Shown here one piece after another: positions 24,557 through 36,718 of a stretch of DNA of 64,000 nt. The DNA is from Cyanophora paradoxa CCMP329. Taxonomy: Eukaryota; Plantae; Glaucophyta. The number at the start of each line of letters is the position of its first letter. The stretch's first letter is position 1. A program made the position numbers and the translations under genes. Under the pieces are notes generated by a model. That model searched no databases. It was not told the origin of the DNA and saw only the letters and a list, made by a program, of their open reading frames with translations. Where the stretch lies: positions 124,001 through 188,000 of the forward strand of contig QPMI01000439.1 of NCBI GenBank assembly GCA_004431415.1. Direction: 5' to 3'.

Positions 24557-27500
24557 CTACTCCGGGAGGTCGTACTCGAGGTGGGGGTCGTGCAGCGTTT
24601 TGTCCTGGATGGAGTGGATGTACGAGTGGTAGAAAGAGCGGTTCCGGTTGTAGATCCGCTTCGCCGCCTTGAGGTCCAGCTGCGGGGCCCGAGGGCGTCA
24701 TCAGGCTTCTGGCTATAGCTATATAGATTCCGGATCCGGGCTATAAATTCCGATCGCGAGCTGCATCGGAGGACGCTAATCGTTTTTTAGTTAACTTAAT
24801 CTTAGGTTAGCATTCTGGCTTCTAACTTTAGACTCAGAACATGAGCTTTCTGGTGGGCCCCGGGGGCGGGCGCGCACGTGGGAGAGGATGTTGAAGAGCT
24901 TGTTGACGTAGAGGCCCCGCCCGTGCCGCGCCAGGAACGCCTCCACCTGCGGGACGAAGCGCTCGATCATGAATGTAGTTAGAAGGAGGGGCGGGGCGGG
25001 GGGGCGGGCCTGGGGCATGACGGCGAGGTGGTGGGAGCGGAGGCAGAGCTCCAGCCACCGGACCGAGATCTGCGCGCGCGGGTCGGCAAGGCTTGTTGAG
25101 GGGAAGAGGCCCGGGGCCAAGGAAAAGAGGGGGCGGGGCGGGGCGTTCTTTAGAGGAGAGGAGGTATAGAGTTCGTAGAGCCAGCTATGGGCTAAAAGCC
25201 TTGAAGACGAAGCTAAGCATGGGAATTCGAAGGAGGGTGCGGGGCGGGCCTGGGGAAGCTAAGCATGGGAATTCGAAGGAGGGTGCGGTGCCCGGGGCCT
25301 AAGCTCAGGGCCGGGAAAGAGGGCGGGGCGGGGCGGGCCTCGGCGTTCTTTAGAGGAGGAGAGGTGGTATAGGCCCGGTCGGGGACGGGGGAGAGGGTGC
25401 GGGGCGGCGCCTTGTTTAGGTTAAGAAGAAGGGCCTAAGCTCAGGGCGGGGGAAAGCAAAAGCGGGGCGGGGCGGGCCTCGACGTTCTTGGAGGAGGAGA
25501 GGTGGTAGAGGGCGTCCATGCGGTCCAGCGCCGACGCCGGCAGCGGCGCCCCCTCCGTCATCAGCTCCTGTGCGGGGGGGGGGGGGGGTCGAGTCAAGAA
25601 GACTCATGATCAGATCTAGCGATCTGAGCTGCGATCTAAGCCGCCGTGCGAAGTCGAGGGGGTCGGGCGCATGAGCGAATAGCTTGAGCTTCATAGCTTA
25701 GCTTCATCGGTTTAAGCTCTAGCTTTGTCCGACGGCCTTCAGCATACAGATGCTGCGTGGGAGGGCGGGGACCGCGGCGCGCACGTCGAGGAAGAACATG
25801 GTCTATAACCTCTAGATCTAGGCTGTTGCTCAAGCAATCAGCTATCTTTATATATAATGATAAGGCCTTTAAGCCATCAGCCATCAGCTATCTTTCTGAA
25901 GCTGAATATTGGGCCGCACGTCGAGGAAGAACATGGTCTGGCCGGCCATGTACTTCGAGATGTCGTGCGGCGTGCACGCCTCCCCGTCCTGCCCGGGGGC
26001 CCTCAGGGGGAGAGGGGGGAGGGGGGGAGAGGGGAGGGGGAGCGGGGGGGGTGGCGAGGTCGCACCCCGTCCTTCCACTTGGCCGCCAGCTTGCGGCAGT
26101 CCTGCGCGCCGCCCGGCCCCGATCAGGCTAGAAGCTTGTCTTCGAAGTTAGGAGCCAGAAGCCTCATGATCATGATCATATGCATGATCAGCCCGGCGTG
26201 CCTCGATGAGGCTGGTGTCGAAGTCGCGGTAGGGGTCGATGAGCTTCTTGTCCGGCAGGCCGGCCCCGTACAGCCACGCGTCCCAGTCGATCCTGCCGGC
26301 CGGCCGGGCGGGAGCCGGGGCGGCGGTCTGTCAGAAGCTCGGGCGCAGCAGCCTCTAGAAAGCTAGGGAGGCTTTTATTAAGCAGGCTTTGGGAAGGTTC
26401 GTAAACAGCTCTAAGCGGCCCAGACGCCGCGGCTGCTGCTGGGAGGGGGAGGGGGTACGGCGCACTCGGCGACGGCGGGGGCGGGTACGGTGTCGCGGAA
26501 GTGGGCGAGGAAGTGCTGCTTCATCTGCTCGACCGTGATCGTCTGCCGCGCGAAGTCCTGCGGAAGTAGGCAGCGCTCAGCTGGGGCAAGCAGGGCAAAG
26601 CTGGGCGGGCGGACGGTGAAGTAGGTCTAAGTAGGTCTAGTAGGTCCCTATATTTAGGGCCTTAGGCGGGCCTTAGGCGGGCGTGCGTGCGGGAGGGGCG
26701 GGCGGGCGGACGGTGAAGTAGGTCTTGAGCCAGGCGCACATCGGCGCGGGGCCGCCGGCCTTCATTTCCAGGTACCGCTAGAGCAGCTGGGGTAGGCAGG
26801 GATAGGGCAGGTAGTCATAGGCTGGGCGGGCGGGCGGGCGGGCGGGCGGTGAAGGAGATCCTGAGCCAGGCGCACGCTACGTAAGGCTAGAGCAGCTGGG
26901 GTGGGCAGACAAGGGTAGGCTAGGGGCGGGCGGGCAAGGCAAGGCTAGAGGCGGGCGTGCGGGCGGGCGGGGGGAGCGGACGGTGAAGTAGGCCTTGAGC
27001 CAGGCGCACATCGGCCCCGGGCCGCCGGCCTTCATTTCCAGGTACCGCACGAACAGGCTGAGCATTGCCCGCCCCGCCCCGCCATCGTCAGCGTCAGCGA
27101 CGGCTTCAGCGAGCGAGCGAGCGAGCGAGCGGGGCCGTCGAGCCTTAATCCCTTCTAGCTCGCTGAGCCGGGCCGGGCGGCCGGCGCACGGCCTAATCCC
27201 TTCTAGCTCGCTCTTCTAGAAGGGCCCGGGCCGGGCCCCGGTGCCGGGAAGGGGCCGGGGGCCGGGGGGCGGACCAGCCCTTCTCGTAGGGGACCTTGGA
27301 GAAGGCGTCGTCCGGGTCCACGTCCTGTACCCCGAAGCCCCGTCACGAGAGGGGCCCGGGCCCCCCCGCCCCGCCCTGGGCCCTCCGGGCGCTAGTCTAC
27401 GGTCCATATCTTATATATCTTATGTTAACCGCTACAGCGCTGCCCCCGGCGGACCTATTAGTAGTGCATACTAGCGCCCGGGGGGGCGGAGACTAAGGCT

Positions 27501-30500
27501 CAAAGCGCAGCCAAGTTTATGAGCGCTCTCGGGGTACGCGGCGCCCCTCCCCCCGCCCCCGCCCCGGGCGGACCTCGAGGTCTGGCATGAGGGCAGCTGG
27601 CGCTACGTATACATAGCTAGCCTTAGTAGTGTTCGATTTGCATCTAGATCTTCTGTTATGTTATGTTGATGTACGGTGTGTGCGTTATGAACATCGATAT
27701 CCTCCTCGAGGCGGATCCTTTTACGGCCCCCCCCCCCCCCCCCTCGCCCCGGGCAGACCTCGAGGTCGGGCATGAGCTTCGTGTACTCCATGTTCCCCTC
27801 CTCCTCGAAGTCCTTCACCGTCTGAGAAGGGGGGTTCAGAGGGAGGGGGGAGAGGCTTGAGGATCGGAGGCGGCGGAGGGGAGGGAACGGGGAGGCGGAG
27901 GGGCTCCCGCCCGCTTGCAGGACTAGCAGGGTCTGTGCTAGCGCTAGGGCCCGCGCGCGGCCGCCCTGGGCGCGCCTTGACGAGGTCCAGGTAGCCGCTG
28001 ATCATCTCGAAGTCGCTGGCGGGCGGGGTACGAGGTCAGGGGGCGGGGGGAGGAGGGGGGGAGAGGGGGGGGCACCGGAGGGCGGGGGAGTTGTGGACGG
28101 TGCTCAGGATGAGCCGCTCGATGTAGTCCCTGCGCGTGGGGGCGGAGGTGAGGGCGAGGGTGAGGGGGGCGGGCTCAGGGAGGGGGGCGGGGGTCGGGGC
28201 CCACGTGAATCCCTCGTTGAGCCAGAAGCTCGACTGTGACGAGGGCGGCAATGAGGGCGAAGAGGGGGTCGGGGTGAGGGGGGGGGGGGGGGGGGGGGGG
28301 AGAAGGCGAGACGGTGGAGACGTACCCAGTTCTCGTTCGTGACCAGGTTCCCGGACCAGGAGTGGGCGATCTGCGGGGGTACAGCGATTCAGAAGATAGT
28401 AGGGGTGGGGGTACGAGGGTAGGGGACGGAGCGGCCCTCCGAGCGGGGCGGGGGGGTACGGGGTCGCGCCTCATGGGCGAGGACGTTCGTGAGGGAACGG
28501 TCGCCCGCCAGCAGCGACGCCGAGAGGAAGTTCAGGTTCGGATTCTGGGGGGTAAGGGGGAGAAACGCGGGGGAGGACTCAGATAGGGGTACAGAACCGG
28601 AACGTCACGGCGTCTACCGCACCTCCATGCCGCCGTACTGGTTTGGGGAGGGTGGGGGGAAAGGGGGAGGATTAAGACTTCAGTGGGAGGAGGGGGGGGG
28701 GGGGGGGGGGCGGTGAAAGGAGGGGTACAGGGCGGGCGGCCGCACGGGGAAGGAGCTGGGGAGGACCACGATGTCGTAGCGGCCCCAGTTGTAGGGTACC
28801 CCCGTAACCTTCTCCGCCGCTGCGGGGCGAGAAAGAGCCTGAGGGGGAGGGGGGGAGGAGGGGGAAGGGGGTACACACCCTTGATGAATGCCTCTGTCTC
28901 CGCGCGGAACTCGTGCACCGACGCGTCCAGCATGCACTGCGGGGGGGTACGCGGACTTTAGAAGGAGGCGGGAGGCGAGTAGGGCGAGAAGGGGACCTGC
29001 TCGGCGTAGATGCGGGAGCGGGGCCCGATGGGCGCGTTCGCGAGGGCGCCGCAGGCAAGGGCGATGAGGTAGGACGGGATCGGGTTCCGCTGGGGCCCTT
29101 TTCGTGAGCGCCGAGGGGGTACAGGGCGGGCGAGGGGGTACAGGGGCACCTGGCGGTACGAGTAGGATATGGTGTTGTCCTGGGGGTGGAAGACCGGCGC
29201 TGCGGGGAGGGGGTACGAGATTCATTGGGATCACGGGGGTACAGTATTCACGGGTCGCACCGCACTCGTTCTCGCCGGAGCAGACGGCGACGAGGGGGGT
29301 AGGGCACCGTACCTCGATCGAGTACGTCGCCTTCACAGACTGCCGTACCCCCCACGTCGGCGGATCGAACCCGGAATTCCCGTACCCCCCCCCGCCCCCA
29401 GGCGCACGGGCGTGTCTTGGCAGGGTACGACGGTTCGCGCGAGGATGCACTCGAACTGAGTGAACGCGAACTGCGACACGGTACCCCTCGGTCCCCGGCC
29501 CCGTTCCCATCGGCGCTGGGGCGCGCGCACCGGGTGTTTCTTGCCGGCCGTCTGCTTTGCATCCAGCCACCTGAGCCGCACGCGCGGCGTCAGGCATGCC
29601 GCGGCGAAGCACTGAATGCTAGCGCTGGGTCCGGGCCGGGGCGCACTGGATGCCGCCCGAGTACTCCGTGGTTCGGTAGTGGACGCGGAAGACCGGCTGG
29701 GACCCAGCCTTCTGCCTGCGAGAGATGGGCGGGTCAGAACGAACGCGCGCGGTCGCCCGGCGGTCTGTGCGTTTGGTTCGGTCTCACATCGATTCTGGGA
29801 TGGGGATGTGCAGGGCAAAGCCGACGGGGTGGTGCCGCGGGATCGTCCTGCGCAAGGCGAACGAATTCGAATTCGAAGCTCGCCGAATCGCGGCCTCGGG
29901 GCTCGAGCGGGCGGGCGGGCGGGGCGCAGCTCAAGCGCGCACCAGAGGACCTGCTCCTTGTGCGTGACGGCGTGGTTTTCTGGCTCCAGGGTAAGAACCT
30001 GGCGCCAGAAGAAGAAGGGAGCCGGCCATCGTGACGATCAAATTCGAGCCAGGAGCGGAGCGCGGGCGCCCAGCTGCAGCCGAAGAGGGATGGCACCTCC
30101 ACGTATTCGATGGCGACGGCCTTTCCGTCGAGAACCATCTCCTGCGCCGGAAGCCCAGTCGGATTCGAAACATTTGATCCGGGCGAGAGACTGCGGCGGG
30201 CGCGAGAGCCGGAGACCTTCACGCCGTCGCGCAGAACGGTGGCGTGGACATCGACGTGACCGCGCGCGACCTTCTCGTGGAACAGTAGCGCGAGGTTGAT
30301 GTGGAGGTGCCGCGTCCGCACCTGCACAAGTACAAGCGAGCGAGCGGCCGCGTTAGCGCGGGGCGTACGGGCACCTTTCAGGGCATGCGTTAACGTAAAC
30401 GCTCGCTCAAAAAGGAGCCCCGAACGACCGAGGCCGCTCGACGTATGCTGGGCCGGCGCCGGGCGCTCGAGCCGCGCCCTTTCACGCCGCGGCCGCTCGG

Positions 30501-30674
30501 CCGGCCGGGCGGCGCCCGATACGTCAAAAACGCGGCAGGTCGCCTGCTAGGCCGGCAGGAGAGCGACGCGTCCGTGACGCCGCGGCTAAGATGCGCGGAG
30601 CGGACATTGAAGCCGCCGGGGCGCACCTCCTCGAAGTTCGCCCAGCTGTGTGGGTCCCGTCCTAGCTTCACCAT
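24557..30674 (-). CDS. LTA4H: Leukotriene A4 hydrolase-like M1 zinc aminopeptidase
   Basis: Motifs in order: [75 protein letters not shown]|[42 protein letters not shown]. More than 25 exons; TAG at 24557. Confidence 0.95.
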
Positions 30675-30986
30675 CTTGGCGCGAGTGCTCGCTGGACAGC
30701 GGCTGACCCGCTCTGAGGGGTACGCAAAGCTGGGCAACTTGGAGCGGGCAGCCGAGCTCACAGCGCTCCATGCATCTGGCACCATGCGCTGGATCACCAG
30801 AGCTTAAAAGCATAGCGACAGCTATCCCGGCGCCCTTGCTAGGGAGCTGCGCGAGGAGCCGGTGGGCTCGCTTCGCCAAGACGTCCCAAGCGCACATCTA
30901 GCAGCTCTTACGCTCTGTGATCGCTTTCGGGAGCTCTGCTGAGCGACCGCTTGGCCGGAGCGCGGGCGGTCAGCTGGCCCGAGGAG

Positions 30987-32130
30987 ATGGCGTCCGCGCC
31001 CGAGGTTCCCGCCCTGGCGAGCTTCGTGCAGCTCTCATCGGCGCCGTCTTCGGCGCCGACTTCCCCCCGCGCGTCCCCGCCGCCGGCCGCAGCTGCAGCG
31101 CCGCCTTCGGAGCACATCGAATCCTTCCGCATCGAATCGTTTCGGGGCTGGGACGACCTCGTGCAGGACGAGCCGCCGCCCTCGCCCACGCGCCGCAAGG
31201 GTTCGGCATCATCCTCGGGGCGGCCCCAGTCCGCCCGGGACGGGCGCGCGTCCCACACGCCGCCCTCTCCGGAGCGCCGCCCGCTCTCCGCCGCCTCGCG
31301 CGGCTCCGCGCGGCAGCCGGCGCCCGTCTCCCTTGTCCGCGTCCAGACGCCCGTGAACGTCGAGCCCGGCCCGAGCCGCTCTCGGCCGGCGAGCGCGGGG
31401 CCCGTTGGGGCTCGCGCCCCCTCCGCCGCCTCCTCTGCCGCCTCCCATCGCCCAGGCCTGTACAGCGTCCTCACCGAACTCACTGTACCCCACCTCCCCG
31501 CCGAGCCCCGGTCCCGCTCCACATCCCCCGGCCCCCCGAATCGGTCCCCCTCCCTCCCCGGCCAGCGTATCCCCCCTCCCCCGATGAACACGCCGCCCCC
31601 GAGTCTGGCGGAACCCGCTCAGCCCCCGCCTGCGCCTGCGCCAGCGGCGCCCGAGCCTACCCCCCCGCCTCCGCCCCCGCCCCAGCCTGCGCCGCCCCAA
31701 CCGCCCCCCTCGAGCCCGCCCCAGCCTCCTCCTCCCCATCCGCCCCAGCCGCCCTCAGCGCGTTCGCACGACTCGCCGCCCCGGCAGCAGCCGTCTACGT
31801 CTCCGCCCCGTTCTCTCGAAGGTTCGGGTACCCCCCGCCGACCCGGGCCCCGCTTTGCCCCCCTGACCCGCCCGGCCGCCAGCCCCTCCGCCCGAAGCAG
31901 CGGAGGACCAAGGCCTGCTGAGCGTGCGGGCGCGGGGCCTTGCCTCGGCATCCTCGGCCGGGGGCGCGGGGCGGCCGGCGGGGCCGGGGCCGGGGCTTGG
32001 ACCCGGGCCCGGGCCCCGGCGGCGGGGCAGGCGGACCGTGAAGCCGGCGCGCACGAAAGACGTGTGGGGCGCCAACGCTGATATGCGGTACCTGCGGCTG
32101 GGTCCCACCGGCCGTGCGCCACGCCCCCTA

Positions 32131-32161
<31 letters not shown>

Positions 32162-33019
32162 TCTTAGCCGAACGCAGCCCCTGGGGATCCACCGCCGAAC
32201 GTGCTGCGGCCGTTCCCGCCCAGCGAGGGACGGCCTCCCGCAGCCGACCTGCGGAGGATCGTCATCGCCTGCAACCTGACGCCGGCGCCGCCGCACGGGC
32301 CGCACGGCCTCCTCCCGGCCCCGGGCCCCGACCGCGGGGCCTGGGCCCGAGCTGCGCCCTTCACGCCGACCTGGGAGTGGGGACCCCAGGCCCCCCAGCC
32401 CGAGCGCCGCTGGAAGGGGGCATCGCCCCGGCCCCCCGCCTCCTCCCCCCGCCCGGGGCTCCTCCCCTCCCAGCGTACCCCCTCCACTCCTTTCGCCGCA
32501 CTCGTCGCCGCCAGCCGCGCGCGCTCCCCGCGGAGCCCCCCGTCCTCCGACCCGCTTTCGCCGCAGCCGTTCCTGCCCGAGCCCGACCGTACCCCCACGC
32601 CCACCGTCCGGGGCCTCTTCCCCTCCTCGTCCTCCGGGGGCGCCCGTACCCCCTCGGGCTCGCGCCCCGCCTCGGCGACGGCGGCGCTGCTGGCGGACGT
32701 ACCCCGGTCCCGCCCCGGCTCGGCCAGCGTGCACGAGGTCGCGGCGGCCGCCGCCGAGCGCGCGTACAGCGCGGCGGCGGCGGAGGAGGCGGCGGCGCGG
32801 GACGCGGCGGCGCTGGCGGCGTCGCGGGCGGCCGGCCTGCAGATGGCGCTGAGCCAGGAGCTCTCGGGGCGGCCCCGAATGAGCCAGAGCTCGCTGCAGG
32901 CGCAGCTGATGACGGGGCGGGCCCGGGGGGCGCGGCCGGCGCCCTCGACCTCGAGCTCCCGCCGCCGCATGGAGGGCTCGTTTGTGGCCCCGTGGGCGCA
33001 CGACACGCCCCCGCCCTAG
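30987..33019 (+). CDS. Pro/Ser/Ala-rich hypothetical protein (spliced)
   Basis: ATG 30987 with a long open frame, intron-like poly-C segments near 31.83 and 32.1 kb, then ORF 32201-33019 (DLRRIVIACNL...MEGSFVAPWAHDTPPP*). No domain recognised. Confidence 0.5.
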
Positions 33020-33089
33020 CAGCTTCAGATCTAGAGCCTTCGCCTCATCTTCTCCTATTTCTACTTCGAATGGAATACATACATACAGG

Positions 33090-34219
33090 CTACTCGCGCT
33101 CGCTGTCGCGCGGCTCGTTGAAGCCGAATGGGTCGAAGGGGTCGGGAGAGGACGCGGCGGCTGTCGCCGGCGCGGGCGCCTCCGCCGCCTCCGCCGCCTG
33201 CGGGGCCGGCGCGGCCGCCGGCGGTGCCGCCGACCGCACGCGGGGTCTCCGCTCCTGCGGAGCGGACGGCCGATCAGAATTGCAATTGAAAGCACCAGGG
33301 AAAGCAGAGCGGATGATAAATTTAGAGCGGACCTGGGCGGCGGGCTCGTTGGCGACTGAGTTCATCCCGCGCACGGCCATCTCGAGCAGCCCAAAGGCGA
33401 TCGAGACGCGCGCGAACTGGCTCGCGGAAGCCCACGTTGCCGCGTTGATCTGCGCGAGCGGCGGCTTGAGGCGCGCCCCGGGGCGGCGCGGGCGGGTGAC
33501 GGATCGCGGGGCGCGCACGTGGGCGATCCTCGCCGGCGCGGGCATGTGCGTGATCGTCTTGTCGCTTGCGCCCTGCCGAGCGCGCGAGCGGGGCGCGCGT
33601 CAGCCGCATGGGCGGGGCAACCCCCTGGAGAAGGCACCTGGAAGAGACCCATCGCGGCGCCAAGCAAGTAGCCCGACCCCGTGCGAGAGACGAGCAGCTC
33701 CACGGGTCCCGTGTCCTTCCCCTCCCGCTTGCCGTCCTTGGACGCGCCGGCGTCGGCAGGCCTCCGCGCGGCCTCCTTCGCCGCTTCAAGCGCGCTGCGG
33801 CTCGGCGTCGACGGCTCTGAATAGACGGAACGCTCGTTCGCGGGCTCTGGATCTGGGCGGCCGGGTCAGCGCGGCAATGGTGCACGGCGCGGGAGCGGTT
33901 GCGGGTTCTCGGGGCGAGCGTCGTCTAGGCGCCGATCTTTGTTGCGCGCTATAGCAGCGCTCGGCGGCGCGGCGGCAGCGCAGACGTCAGGACGTGCGCT
34001 GCCGTTCCGGCGCGGGGACTGCGGCTCAACGGCACGCGCCGAGATAACGATTACAGGGCGCGTCTCGCGCTATTGGCGGCACGGACGGCGGCACTAGTGG
34101 CCGAGCAGGCTCGGCGCAGCGGGACGGGTGCGAAGCGCACCGTCAAACGGTGCTTCTCCGTACGGATCAACGAAGTCTGCTTCGCGTTGCGGCTCCTCGC
34201 GTTTAGATCCGCGCGCCAT
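33090..34219 (-). CDS. Small membrane protein, possibly Tim17/Tim22/Tim23 (PRAT) family
   Basis: Spliced MARGSKREEPQREADFVDPYGEAPFD..VELLVSRTGSGYLLGAAMGLFQG..ASASQFARVSIAFGLLEMAVRGM. Gly-spaced TM helix plus a second helix resemble Tim17-type proteins; family call is weak. Confidence 0.45.
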
Positions 34220-34434
34220 GTCGCTCTGTACCCTTTCACGTTTGTTTGTACCCATCCAAGCAAGTCCAAATTGGTCAAGACGAGAACACGGCTTCGGCGG
34301 TCTCGGAGTAAGCGCCTGTACGCTTGACAGCAGTTTCTGTGCATCCAGAAGCGAGTGTGAGGGCAGGAGCGGCCCGGCAGCAGAACAGGACTTGGCAGAC
34401 CCGCGGCTCCAGCTAGGGAGAGCAACCAGCAGAG

Positions 34435-35965
34435 ATGTACCAAGTGATGCGACCAGCAGAGCGGGAGGCCGCCGCGATCCACCGGCGGCGGGTGCTCGAG
34501 GAGGAGGTGCGACCTGCCCACCGAGCAACGCCTGCCGCCCCCGAATCTCCTCAATTCGCGCCCTGGCCCCTTCTGATTCGCTTTGCGTTGTAGCGCCGCA
34601 TCCGCGTCCACGATCCCAAGCTGCGCGAGATGGGCATCGACAAGCAGGCGATTGCCCTCCAAGTGCAGGAGAAGCAGGCCCGCCTAGAGCAGGAGAAGGC
34701 GAGGGAGCTCGCCCTGGACGCGCAGGCGGTCGAGATTGAGCGGCAGATGATTGTGGTGCGCGACCTGCCCGGCTGCCGCGTCCAGCCTCGCCTCGCCCCG
34801 CGCCGTCCTCGTGCCTGACGGGTCCTTCCTTCCCGCCGGCAGATGGACCGGGAGAAGAGCCGCATCCGGAGGGAAGTCGCGCAGCTGGACGACGAGTACC
34901 GGCGGGCGTTCCAGAACCCGGAGCAGCGGAAGGAGTACGATCTGAACGACCCCAAGGGCCTCTCGAAGGACCTGCCCCTCGGCGCCGACGAGGCTGGCCT
35001 CGGCATCTCGTCCGCGCAGGTGCGGCGAGCTGCAGCTCGGGCCGCGCCGTGCGGTGCGCTGACGCCACCGGCCTTCGCGCGCAGCGGTTCGAGGGTGCGG
35101 ACAGCGAGGAGGCGGAGCGGAAGCGGGCGCAGGCGAGGCAGATGCGGGACTGGGCGCACGCTCAGATCGCGGAGCGGAACATGCGGGCGAGGGCCGAGGC
35201 GCAAGCGGACCGCGAGTACTTCGACCACGTAAACGCAATCGACGAGAAGCGGCGGCAGCTGGAGGAGGCGCAGAAGGAGGTCAAGAGCGACATCCTCCAC
35301 GCGGTGCGCGCGCGCGAGCGAGCGCGTGCTCCGCCAAGCGAACGTTCGTCCCGCCCGCCCGCTCACTTCCGGCGGCATATGTTCGCAGACGTCCTCCTTC
35401 AACCGGATGCTGATGGAGCAGAAGCGGGAGCGGGACCGGCTCAAGGCCGAGCAGGAGACGCGGGACGGGCTGGAGGAGATCCGCAACATGCTCGACAGCG
35501 ACATGCTCTGCGAGCGGCCGGGCGTGGCCGAGGCGGCGACGCGGACCACGCGGGGCGGCACGCTCCGCGTCGACCACTACCGCGGCATGGTGCGAGAGAG
35601 AGAGAGAGAAAGAGAAGGCGGACGTGCGTGCGTGTGTGTGCTGACGGCGCGGGGCGCAGTCGCCTGAGGAGCGGGCGCGGGTGCGGGAGGAGCAGGAGCG
35701 GCAGGCGCGGGAGGCGGAGGAGGCGAAGCGGCGGGCCAAGGAGGACGAGGCGTTCTGGGCGGACGAGCAGGCGCGGCAGCGGCGGGCGGCGCTGCTGGCG
35801 GAGCGGGAGGCGGCGCGGCAGCGGGCGGCGGCGAACCGGGAGCTGCAGGGGACGCTCCTGAGGCAGGGCGACGAGCACCGGGCGCAGGGCGAGAACCTGC
35901 GGCGCCTCTACTCCAACGAGGCCTCGGACGAGTTCTTCGAGCAGTTCGGCAAGCACTCCCGATAA
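34435..35965 (+). CDS. RIB43A: RIB43A-like axonemal microtubule inner protein
   Basis: MYQV..EAAAIHRRRVLEEERRIRVHDPKLREMGID..RKEYDLNDP..GISSAQRFEGAD..DMLCE..DHYRGMSPEE..FFEQFGKHSR* matches the RIB43A/RIBC pattern end to end. Confidence 0.92.
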
Positions 35966-36718
35966 ACATGCGGGTCCGGGTTGTATTTAGCTAGGTGACA
36001 AGTTGAGCAAGCCAGATTGTGATGAGTCACCGGTGGCGAGTTAGTTAACGTGCACTCTGCGCGACGGCGGCCGGCGGCGTGTTGTATGGGGTTGGCGCGG
36101 CCTCGTGAACGTAGGACGGGCTCAGCTGGCCACGGGCAACTGCAGCTGCTCGCTCACCGTGGCACTCTAATTGGCGACTTATTGAACGTAGGACGTCAAC
36201 GGGCTCGGCCGGGCCCAGGGGGAGACCGCCGGACTGCTCGCGATTGCTCGCTTCAACTCAGTATACGTATTGATATTAGGATACTAAAGATGAAAAGGGT
36301 ATAATACAGCTAATAGGTTAACGCTTACGTTCACGGTAGCAGTAGTCGTACGGAAACGAGACAGCCATCCAAGTGCTATACTAGTAATTGGCCTGGCCCT
36401 GGCCTACCCTTACCGTATGCATCCATCTCTACATACACCGAGGATTGGCCATGGAAGAAGGAAGTGAAACAGTCTGAAAGAGGATAGAGTACACCGGGAC
36501 AAACTTGAAAAAGCTCAACAAGCGCGGGTGACGAGTGACCGGAAGCTTGAGCACAGAAGGCACGCACGCCTGCCTGCGCCAGCGCTAGCTATAGCTAGCG
36601 CGCGCCCTACATACACCTGACCGTGAAACGACCCTCAAAATCTGCCCTGAAAGCCTGCTTTCTAGCCTGCGAACTCACTGAACTAGCTAACTACGAGCTG
36701 CCGTCGATATTTATTCCG

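Noticed and set aside
31619-33954. Overlapping 558-aa (-) and 676-aa (+) ORFs
   Set aside because: Arg/Gly/Pro low-complexity frames that cross poly-C introns and a convergent gene end; GC artefacts.
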